Origin: Candidatus Woesearchaeota archaeon
GTDB taxonomy: Archaea; Nanobdellota; Nanobdellia; Pacearchaeales; GW2011-AR1
Assembly (NCBI GenBank): GCA_964639055.1
Contig: CAZXBY010000001.1
Span: forward strand, 1 to 24,921
Direction: 5' to 3'
DNA length: 24,921 nt
In this document: one piece after another, positions 8,441-16,043 of the stretch
Layout of the letters: each line of letters opens with the position of its first letter
Position numbering within the stretch: the first letter of the stretch is position 1
Program-made: the position numbers and the translations under genes
Notes under the pieces: model-generated
The model's input: the letters and a program-made list of their open reading frames with translations, nothing else
Told to the model about the DNA's origin: nothing
Database searches by the model: none

Positions 8441-8645
8441 ATCAAGTTAAAAGAAAAGAACTATAAAAAGGTTATTAATTTTTCATAGACCATAAAAATT
8501 TATATTTTTTATAGTTCTTTTTTTCTTTGTATTTTTATTTTATTATTAAGTTGTTATTTGCATCCCCTTACTTATTAGGGGGAGTCAAGTAATTACTGAG
8601 CAGTTTAGAGAGCACCTTAGAAAAATAATAGAAATAAACATAAAA

Positions 8646-9254
8646 TTAAACTTTTATTCCCCTTAATATTTCATCCTCTTTTTTTCTACTTCTCCCGTAC
8701 TCCTTCCCAAACCGAACTAACGTCGAATTAATCTTCTTCCAATACCTCTTAGGAAACAATTTTTCTAGATCCTCTTCAACCTTATTAGGCGTTTTTCCAT
8801 TACTCCATTTCATCTTATGAGAAATTCTGTAAACGTGTGTATCTACCCCTATTGCCTGCTTTTTACCAATTTCTGTCAAAAAAACATTAGCAGTCTTCCT
8901 TCCAACTCCCGGCAACTTCACAAGATCCTCTAAATTATTAGGCAACCCTTTCTTTGCGATAATTTTGCACGTTCCTTTAATATTTTTTGACTTAGTTTTA
9001 AAATAATTAATACTTTTCATAACTTCCTTGATTTCTGAGAGTTTCGCTTCTCCCATCTTTTTAGGTGTTCTAAACTTACGAAATAATTTTGTCGCAACAT
9101 TAATAGTTACTTCATCCCTCGTCTGTGCCGACATAATAGTCGCTATTAATATTTTCCAAGGCCTATTCCACCCTTCAGCAGCCAATCTTATGTTTGTCCT
9201 ATCACTATATTTCTTAATAGCCCTAAATTCCTTCACCGCTCTCTTAGAATCCAT
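8646..9254 (-). CDS. nth: Endonuclease III (HhH-GPD DNA glycosylase/AP lyase) without the Fe-S cluster motif
   Basis: LIATIMSAQTRD, HhH LPGVGRKTAN (catalytic Lys) and GVDTHVYRIS (catalytic Asp). No C-terminal four-Cys motif. Confidence 0.93.
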   Translation of the reverse strand: MDSKRAVKEFRAIKKYSDRTNIRLAAEGWNRPWKILIATIMSAQTRDEVTINVATKLFRKFRTPKKMGEAKLSEIKEVMKSINYFKTKSKNIKGTCKIIAKKGLPNNLEDLVKLPGVGRKTANVFLTEIGKKQAIGVDTHVYRISHKMKWSNGKTPNKVEEDLEKLFPKRYWKKINSTLVRFGKEYGRSRKKEDEILRGIKV

Positions 9255-9288
9255 AAATTAAAAAGCGTGAAAGTAATATAAAAAACTA

Positions 9289-9843
9289 ATGGAAAATCGA
9301 TTCGCCCTAGAAAAACAAAACGCACTTAAAAAAGAAGACAAATCCCACGAACAAAAATGGGACAAAAAGATAATATCCTTATGTAATAAAATAAATTCAT
9401 TAGAGAACTACTTTACAACTTCATCCTGTGCAGGAAGAATAACTCTTCTTAAAAATACAGATAAAAAAATCCCAAATGCTTTTTTGTTTAAAACTCATGA
9501 TATAATAACAGAAGAAAAAGTAAAGAATATATTACAAGAGAAATTAAATGAAGAAATAATTTATTTTAGACAAGAACCTTGCGCACTCCACGTCGCCTGC
9601 AAAACAATAGACGACGCAATCCAACTACTAAAGTTAGCCAAACAATCCGGCTGGAAACGTTCAGGAATATTTTCGACTAACAAAGAAAAGTTTATTTGCG
9701 AACTTTGCTCAACCGAATGGATTGTAACACCAATAATAAAAAATCAAAGTACTGAAGAGTTTTTACAAACACTAATAGGAGAGGCAAATAAAAAATTAAT
9801 TAGAACTTGGGGAAAAATAGAAAGATTAGAAAATCTTTTTTAA
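9289..9843 (+). CDS. taw3: tRNA wybutosine/wyosine pathway methyltransferase Tyw3/Taw3
   Basis: WDKKIISLCNKIN, YFTTSSCAGRI, EPCALHV, SGWKRSGI and a C-terminal NKKL..TWGKIERL. Confidence 0.92.
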   Translation: MENRFALEKQNALKKEDKSHEQKWDKKIISLCNKINSLENYFTTSSCAGRITLLKNTDKKIPNAFLFKTHDIITEEKVKNILQEKLNEEIIYFRQEPCALHVACKTIDDAIQLLKLAKQSGWKRSGIFSTNKEKFICELCSTEWIVTPIIKNQSTEEFLQTLIGEANKKLIRTWGKIERLENLF

Positions 9844-9848
9844 CTAAT

Positions 9849-10283
9849 TTAAACTTCCCTATTTATACCTAAAGTTTCCAAAAACAGAATTGTTGCGTCT
9901 GAAAGATAGGGCTTTTTAACAATTTCCTCAATAGATAAAAATATTTGTTCTGAATGTTTATGTGGCTCATTGTTTTTTACTTCTCCAATATATTCTAAAA
10001 CTTCGTAAATATGATTCAAAACAGTTACTTTATTCCCATCTCTGATATATTTGAGTTCTGTAAAATTTAATTCTTTATGATTTAAAATATTGATATTGCA
10101 CTCTTCAAAAACTTCTTCCTTTAGACCATCAATTACAGTCTGGTTTTTTTTTACTTTACCAACTGGAATTGTCCAAAATCCATACTTTACATGATTTTGC
10201 ATTAATATATCTCCCTTATTATTTTTTATAACAGCAGAAACTCCATGATGATTGACCAAATCCTCAGAATTATATTTTATCAT
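9849..10283 (-). CDS. NUDIX-fold protein with a degenerate Nudix box
   Basis: HGVSAVIKNNKGDILMQ, WTIPVGKVKKNQTVIDGLKEEVFEECNI and NNEPHKH. Confidence 0.85.
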   Translation of the reverse strand: MIKYNSEDLVNHHGVSAVIKNNKGDILMQNHVKYGFWTIPVGKVKKNQTVIDGLKEEVFEECNINILNHKELNFTELKYIRDGNKVTVLNHIYEVLEYIGEVKNNEPHKHSEQIFLSIEEIVKKPYLSDATILFLETLGINREV

Positions 10284-10316
10284 AATATTAACATAAAAAA
10301 ACTAGATTAATAAATT

Positions 10317-11930
10317 TTATCCCTTCACAAACTCATTAAATAATTCAATAACAATGTCTTTAGACTTGGGTAAGAAATTAATTGATCCTGCATTCTTATG
10401 TCCTCCACCCTCAACAAAAGCATTTGGGACTCTTTTATTTAAAAATGCGATGAAATCATGAACAGAAAAATCTGCCTCATTAGTTGCTCTAAAAGTCATA
10501 GCGGTATTCATAATACCAACAGAAACTAACTTTTTCTTTCCCTGATTTTTTTGATAATCATGAACTAAACCAACAGACCGACCGGGCTTTGGGAAAAATC
10601 CAAATCCAGGAAAAGTTTCCTCAATAAAAATTTTCTGAATAGTAACTCCATTCATTTCTTCTAAAACAGCATGTTCTTTTCCTATAGCAAGACCTTTGGC
10701 ATCTAATTCCTGAATATATGGAGCCATTAATTCAACAAGCTTCTTCTGTTTGTCTCTAGGTTCACCAAACAAAACTTCAATATATTCTCTAACTTCCATA
10801 AATCTAACCTTAGCGGATGTAAATTCAACAACAAGTGACAAATCATTAAGTAATGCCTTGGAATATCCTTCTTTCTTTGCTAATTCTAAATAATCATCCA
10901 TAGTTTTAGGATTTTCTAAATCAATCCTATCTGCAAATCCAGCCAAAGCCGGAATTTGTGCAACATTTTTTACATCATTATTAATAAAACGTGCAATTTC
11001 AGCACATAACATACCCGCAGAAAAACTTGAACCAGATTCACCAACTAAAAATGGATTAATATGGACTAAGACCTTGTCACTAATAACATCCTTCTCAAAC
11101 TTATGATGATCAATAACAATAATATCTGCTCCGTGTACTTTTGCCTGCATAATTCCCATCAAATCTTCTTCGGTAGAACCATTGTCAGCAATAATAATAA
11201 GAGGCATTTTATTTGAAAATTTAGCAACATTTCGAAGTGAATTAGCCGTATCTTTAATTGAATCAGTTAATTCATAATAAGGTGCAGCACATGGTGCACG
11301 CGTAAAATATTCCCACGCTGCCTTAGGATTCTTATGTTCATTCTCGATTAAAGGCAAAATCGCTCTCTCCAAGGCAAACCCAGAACAATATCCATCTGTA
11401 TCATTATGATGTCTAACAATAATTGGTCTACTCTGCAAAACTGCTAACCTAATTTCGGTTGCTGCACTAATAAAAGACGGTTTTAATTTATCTAAAATAC
11501 CACTCATAATCATGCAATCTTTGTCTTCAACTTTTGCTCTTCGTCTAAGTCTACTTGTAATTGTCTTCTCAAGTTTTTCACGACCTTCACCTTCTTTTTT
11601 AAAAAATTTCTGAATGTCACCCTCAATTTCACCATTAAACTCTTCGATAGAAATAACCGCTTTAACATAGTCTCCTTCCTCTATTCCAGGATATGCTCTC
11701 TCTCCAGCTGAAATAAATGCCTTCAAAGGCATAATACCAGATCCATCACTAACAACAAAAATAGTTGGCCCACCAGTTTGCATAACTCTGTCAATCAAAC
11801 CCTGCACGATAATTGATTTTCTTAAAAAACTCTTAGAAATGTCCCCAATCAAAATTTCATCTAAATCAGACTTTCCCTTAAAGTTACCTTTATCTTCAAA
11901 CTTTTTTTTACCTTCAAATTTTTTCTTCAT
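10317..11930 (-). CDS. Archaeal RecJ-like DHH phosphoesterase with N-terminal OB-fold
   Basis: OB-like segment QTGGPTIFVVSDGSG...AYPGIEEGDYV; DHH motifs HHNDTDG, IADNGS, VIDHH and GFADR; DHHA1 GGGHKNAG. Confidence 0.92.
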   Translation of the reverse strand: MKKKFEGKKKFEDKGNFKGKSDLDEILIGDISKSFLRKSIIVQGLIDRVMQTGGPTIFVVSDGSGIMPLKAFISAGERAYPGIEEGDYVKAVISIEEFNGEIEGDIQKFFKKEGEGREKLEKTITSRLRRRAKVEDKDCMIMSGILDKLKPSFISAATEIRLAVLQSRPIIVRHHNDTDGYCSGFALERAILPLIENEHKNPKAAWEYFTRAPCAAPYYELTDSIKDTANSLRNVAKFSNKMPLIIIADNGSTEEDLMGIMQAKVHGADIIVIDHHKFEKDVISDKVLVHINPFLVGESGSSFSAGMLCAEIARFINNDVKNVAQIPALAGFADRIDLENPKTMDDYLELAKKEGYSKALLNDLSLVVEFTSAKVRFMEVREYIEVLFGEPRDKQKKLVELMAPYIQELDAKGLAIGKEHAVLEEMNGVTIQKIFIEETFPGFGFFPKPGRSVGLVHDYQKNQGKKKLVSVGIMNTAMTFRATNEADFSVHDFIAFLNKRVPNAFVEGGGHKNAGSINFLPKSKDIVIELFNEFVKG

Positions 11931-12038
11931 ATTAATAGTACAGAATGAATAATGTAATTAACCTTCTTATTCTTTTCCTTTATCTTATTAATTAATTAAT
12001 TAAAAAGAGTTTAAAAGATTATCTGTTCTGTTGAAATT

Positions 12039-12164
12039 CTGATTTGGGATTTAATAAGATTAAACATTCTAGTTATAGGACGAGCAATAACAGACCAAAA
12101 AACATTGGAAGAAAGAATTATGGCAGCGTACGAAGTTTTACAAGATATGGCTGAGCATCTTTAA
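12039..12164 (+). CDS. Candidate 41-aa ORF starting at CTG (near-cognate or mutated start)
   Basis: TTTAAAA (12010-12016) is 22 nt before CTG 12039. The frame reads (M)IWDLIRLNILVIGRAITDQKTLEERIMAAYEVLQDMAEHL*, followed by a T-rich run. Confidence 0.35.
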   Translation: MIWDLIRLNILVIGRAITDQKTLEERIMAAYEVLQDMAEHL

Positions 12165-12230
12165 TTTATTCTATTTAAAATTAATTCTTTTTTATTAACA
12201 GGAGAAATGATAAAAATAAATTGAAATAAT

Positions 12231-12698
12231 CTACTTTTTGCCTACTCGCATAACATCATTAAGTGCTAAATCACCTGCTTCAATTATATTCTCTGTATAA
12301 GCGTTGATTTTCATTCGTTTTATTGTAATTCCAGATAGAGCTGTTATGTTCCATATTCTTTCTTGCAGGATTGCTATTATTTTTGTGAATTTTTGACCTA
12401 ATACTCTTTCTGTTACCTCTTTTAGATTTGTTACATCCATTTTTAAATTTAGGTCTTTTATCTCTTCTGCTTTTTCAATTTTGTCTTCATGAATTTTATA
12501 TGATACAAATGGATATTCAAATGAAGCTATCTTGTTTTCTGTAGGAATAAAAAAGTCTAATTGCAATTTGTCGCCTTCTTTTTCATTGCTTGAGAAGATG
12601 AAAAATCCTGCGGAGAAATATGAATTTGGATATTTTTTTTTGAATTCTCTGTATGTATTCTTTTCTTTTAATTCTTGAATTAATTCTTGTAATTTCAT
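12231..12698 (-). CDS. Hypothetical protein, 155 aa
   Basis: Native codon style, TATA-like box about 21 nt upstream, alpha/beta pattern (YFSAGFF, LQLDFFIP, IWNIT). No family recognised with confidence. Confidence 0.85.
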   Translation of the reverse strand: MKLQELIQELKEKNTYREFKKKYPNSYFSAGFFIFSSNEKEGDKLQLDFFIPTENKIASFEYPFVSYKIHEDKIEKAEEIKDLNLKMDVTNLKEVTERVLGQKFTKIIAILQERIWNITALSGITIKRMKINAYTENIIEAGDLALNDVMRVGKK

Positions 12699-12738
12699 GA
12701 AAGTTAATAAGAATATATGTTTTTAAGATTGTTTATTT

Positions 12739-13062
12739 TTATATCTTAAAATCTTTTGAGAAATCAAATTCACTATCATTCGGTGTTATCTGTTTTATAC
12801 TAGTTAATCTCCAAATAATTATCATTTCCATTAGCGAAATTACTACTAGAATATAACTTGCATTGAAAAATTTTGTTTTGTAGTCGTTATATTTTGTTAG
12901 TTTATCTTGATTAATTGCCGGGCCTATCCCACTTGTTGTATAATCCTGTTGTATTTGCTCTTCATAGTTATATTCAATATTGAATACTTGAATTAAAAAA
13001 ACTATTCCTATAATTAAAGTCATTATTGCTTGGAATGCTAGAATAAATTTTTCCCACCTCAT
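12739..13062 (-). CDS. Hypothetical membrane protein with two transmembrane helices
   Basis: Hydrophobic FILAFQAIMTLIIGIVFLIQVF and FFNASYILVVISLMEMIIIW flank a polar loop. TATA box 21 nt upstream. Confidence 0.82.
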   Translation of the reverse strand: MRWEKFILAFQAIMTLIIGIVFLIQVFNIEYNYEEQIQQDYTTSGIGPAINQDKLTKYNDYKTKFFNASYILVVISLMEMIIIWRLTSIKQITPNDSEFDFSKDFKI

Positions 13063-13093
13063 GCTATGTAAAGATTAAGGAGGTTTATAAGAA

Positions 13094-14812
13094 TTATCTT
13101 TTTTTTGATATGACTTCTTTCTTCATTTTAGAAATAAATTCGTCAACTGTCATCGTTTCGATTTCTTTTGATTCACGAGCTCGAACTGCAATTTTTCCTT
13201 CAGTTTTTTCTTTTTCTCCGACAGTAACTAAATAATTAAATCTTTGAATTTGTGCTTCTCTTGCCTTTTTTCCCATTGATATATTTTTTTCATCTAGTTC
13301 AACCATGAAGCCTTCGTCGAATAATCTTTGATTGATTTCTTTGGCATACTCTTTTACGTCATCATTTAGTGTCATTACCTTAATTTGATTTGGAGATAAC
13401 CAGAGAGGGAAATTCCCATTGAGGTGCTCAGTTAAAATTCCTATAAATCTTTCAAGACTACCATAGACTACCCTGTGTAGCATAATAGGTGTTTGCTCTT
13501 TTGAATTTTTGTCTAAATATTTTAGGTCAAATCTTGGGGGAAGAGCAAAGTCTAATTGTAGTGTTGAGCATTGCCACTCTCTTCCTAATGAATCTTCTAT
13601 CATAACATCAAGGCTTGGGCCATAAAATTTCGCCTCGCCAGGCATCTTAGCAAATTTAACGCCTAAAGTCTCAAGACCTTTTGTTAAAGAGTCTTCTGCT
13701 TTTTTCCATGTTTTGTCATCACCTAGATATTTTTCTGCCTTCTCTTTACTTCTAGTACTTAATGTGAATTTATATTTATCAAAGCCAAATTGTTTTAGCA
13801 TTTTTATGAATAAATTTAATACTCCTACTATTTCTGAGTGAAGTTGTTCTTGTGTACAAAAAATATGTGCGTCATCTTGGGTAAATTGAATTACTCTAAA
13901 TAATCCAGCTAAAGTTCCAGATAGTTCGACCCTATGAACGACTCCCAACTCTCCAACTCTTAAGGGCAAATCTTTATATGATTTTGGAGATGTTTTGTAT
14001 ACTAACATCCCTCCTGGACAATTCATTGGTTTTACTAAAAAATCCCGACCTTCATATGTTGTTCTAAAGTTATTGTCTTTGTAAAGTCTCCAATGACCTG
14101 ATATCTCCCATAGCTTTTTGTCCATTATTTGAGGTGTTGATATTTCTTCATATTTTTCTGTTTTGTGTATTTCTCGCCAATTTTCCATTAATTTATTTTT
14201 AATGTGAAGTCCCTTTGTATGCCAGAATACCATTCCTGGAGCGACATTGTTGAAACTCCAGAGGTTCATTTTGTTTCCTATAATTCTGTGATCGTTTTCT
14301 TTTAGTTTTGATGTGTCTAATTTAGCTTTTGAAACTTGCCTTAATAATTGCGATTGTTCTTCGTCTGTTAACTCGGCTTCAACCTCTTCATTTCCTTCTA
14401 TTGTTATTTCTCTTGCTAATTCTGATAATGGATGTCCTTTTACTTTTAGTTCGAATGTTTTATAATAACCAAATGGTGCTTGGATTACATTGAAGCCTGT
14501 TAGGTCTTTTGCTGTTTTATTTAATATCTCTATTGCTAGTCCTGGGTTTCCGAGATTCCTTGAAAGATGAGCATAAGGATACAAAACTATATTTTCTGTT
14601 TTTACTTGACTTGCTATATCTTTTATGTTTTTTATTAATTTTTCTACTGACTCTTCTTTATTATCTCCTTTCTCTACTGCTATCATTACGACTAAGCATT
14701 CTTTTGCCTCACCTTCTAGTTTTTGGTTAGGTATTATTTCATCTATATTTTTTAGAGCTTTCTTTAGAGCTTTAAATTTTATAAAATCGCAATGCAAATT
14801 TAATGTTTTCAT
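13094..14812 (-). CDS. thrS: Threonyl-tRNA synthetase: archaeal editing domain plus bacterial-type catalytic and anticodon domains
   Basis: N-terminal LYPYAHLS, APFGYYKTF and KGHPLSE (archaeal editing domain). Core DHRIIG, PGMVFWH, KPMNCPG, FTQDDAH, WQCSTLQLDF and MLHRVVYGSLERF. Confidence 0.97.
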   Translation of the reverse strand: MKTLNLHCDFIKFKALKKALKNIDEIIPNQKLEGEAKECLVVMIAVEKGDNKEESVEKLIKNIKDIASQVKTENIVLYPYAHLSRNLGNPGLAIEILNKTAKDLTGFNVIQAPFGYYKTFELKVKGHPLSELAREITIEGNEEVEAELTDEEQSQLLRQVSKAKLDTSKLKENDHRIIGNKMNLWSFNNVAPGMVFWHTKGLHIKNKLMENWREIHKTEKYEEISTPQIMDKKLWEISGHWRLYKDNNFRTTYEGRDFLVKPMNCPGGMLVYKTSPKSYKDLPLRVGELGVVHRVELSGTLAGLFRVIQFTQDDAHIFCTQEQLHSEIVGVLNLFIKMLKQFGFDKYKFTLSTRSKEKAEKYLGDDKTWKKAEDSLTKGLETLGVKFAKMPGEAKFYGPSLDVMIEDSLGREWQCSTLQLDFALPPRFDLKYLDKNSKEQTPIMLHRVVYGSLERFIGILTEHLNGNFPLWLSPNQIKVMTLNDDVKEYAKEINQRLFDEGFMVELDEKNISMGKKAREAQIQRFNYLVTVGEKEKTEGKIAVRARESKEIETMTVDEFISKMKKEVISKKR

Positions 14813-14834
14813 GGAATAAAAAAGAATAAGAGAA

Positions 14835-14842
14835 TTTATAAA
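14835..14842. promoter_or_regulatory. Palindromic TATA box shared by divergent thrS and KaiC-like genes
   Basis: TTTATAAA is 22 nt from the thrS ATG (14812) and 21 nt from the KaiC-like ATG (14864), within a 51-bp intergenic gap. Confidence 0.6.
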
Positions 14843-14863
14843 CTTTTATGGATTATATTTACT

Positions 14864-15604
14864 ATGGTTGGTGAGGTGATTGAAAGAAGTCAGAGTGGGA
14901 TTGTTGGATATGATAGTATTACTTCAGGTGGTTTTGTTAAGAACTCTTGTAATGTTATTATTGGTGGGCCGGGAAGTGGAAAAAGCACATTTTTATTAGA
15001 ATATTTATACAATGGAGCAACAAAATTTAATGAAAATGGTTTATATTGTTCGTTTGAACCTGATATTCTTGATACACTGAATGATGCATTTGCTCATGGT
15101 TGGGATTTTTTTAAGTTGGCTGAAGAGGGTAGGATTAAATTTATTAAATTTTCTCCTGATACTTCTATTGATGAATTAAAGAATGAATTGACTAAATTAA
15201 TTTCTCAGAATGGGATAAAGAGAGTTTGTTTTGATCCTGTTAGTGTTTTGGCTTTAAATATTGGTGATAAGGGAAAAATTAGAGAAAGAGTGTTTGATTT
15301 AGTTGCTTTAATGAAGAGATTGAGGGTTACAACTATTTTGGCTGATGAGAGTGTGGAATCTGATTCTATGGGCGGTTTTATTGATGGAGAATGGAGCAAA
15401 ACAGATATTATTAGATTTTTATCTGATTCTGTTACTATTATGTACACTTCTGGTTTAGCTGGGAATTCTGACAGAGCTATTAAGATTGAGAAGATGAGGA
15501 GAACTAATCATGAGAGAAGCATTCTTGGTTTGAAGATTACTGAGAATGGCATTGAAGTTTTGTCAAAGGCACAGCCGGTTAGCAATCCTGCACTAAGAAT
15601 GTAA
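14864..15604 (+). CDS. Single-domain KaiC-like (RecA superfamily) ATPase
   Basis: SGIVGYDSITSGG, Walker A GGPGSGKST, Walker B VCFDPVS, and IKIEKMRRTNH followed by KITENGIEV. Confidence 0.92.
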   Translation: MVGEVIERSQSGIVGYDSITSGGFVKNSCNVIIGGPGSGKSTFLLEYLYNGATKFNENGLYCSFEPDILDTLNDAFAHGWDFFKLAEEGRIKFIKFSPDTSIDELKNELTKLISQNGIKRVCFDPVSVLALNIGDKGKIRERVFDLVALMKRLRVTTILADESVESDSMGGFIDGEWSKTDIIRFLSDSVTIMYTSGLAGNSDRAIKIEKMRRTNHERSILGLKITENGIEVLSKAQPVSNPALRM

Positions 15605-15663
15605 GAATATATATTGTTTTGATAATACATTTATTTTTAAAAGATTTTACATTGGATTTCTTT

Positions 15664-16038
15664 ATGATAGAAAAAAGAACTGATATTGGGAGACGAGAAG
15701 GCATAGAATATTTCGAGGCAAGATTTTTTATTCCGACTGGGCCATGTCATCTGAGAGATAGTGGTAATGACGGAAGGGCTCCGTTGACTGAGATTGATTT
15801 TGAAACTATGCACAGGGCTCATAAGCTTTTACTTCAAATTTCCGGAAGTTTTGTTGATTCATACAGAAGTTATGGAGCAGTTAACCATCATTTTCTTCTT
15901 TCAGGAGCTGTCATTGATATTGAGCGAGATAATTCTGGGAATATAAACACAACTTGCCCATACTACCTTGGAATTCTTCATGAAGAAAAGATGGATGTAG
16001 CATATGTTGCTAATAAACTTAAACTTCCATGTGAATGA
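15664..16038 (+). CDS. Hypothetical protein, about 124 aa
   Basis: ATG 15664 is 21 nt after TTTTTAAAA (15634-15642) and is preferred over the TTG 15619 start in the track. Confidence 0.75.
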   Translation: MIEKRTDIGRREGIEYFEARFFIPTGPCHLRDSGNDGRAPLTEIDFETMHRAHKLLLQISGSFVDSYRSYGAVNHHFLLSGAVIDIERDNSGNINTTCPYYLGILHEEKMDVAYVANKLKLPCE

Positions 16039-16043
16039 AGCTA

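Noticed and set aside
8540-8645. CCCCT/AGGGG hairpin, AGTAATTACT palindrome and a start-less open frame between nitroreductase and nth
   Set aside because: The stems are short, and there is no start codon or promoter at standard spacing; compatible with a terminator region or chance.
14864-15604. Circadian clock kaiC
   Set aside because: Single domain, no phosphosites and no kaiA/kaiB. It belongs to the broad archaeal KaiC-like ATPases, so no gene symbol is given.
15619-15663. TTG start 15619 (and likewise TTG start 18591) given by the ORF track
   Set aside because: The N-terminal extensions run through the TATA boxes. ATG 15664 and ATG 18660 fit the 21-nt spacing.
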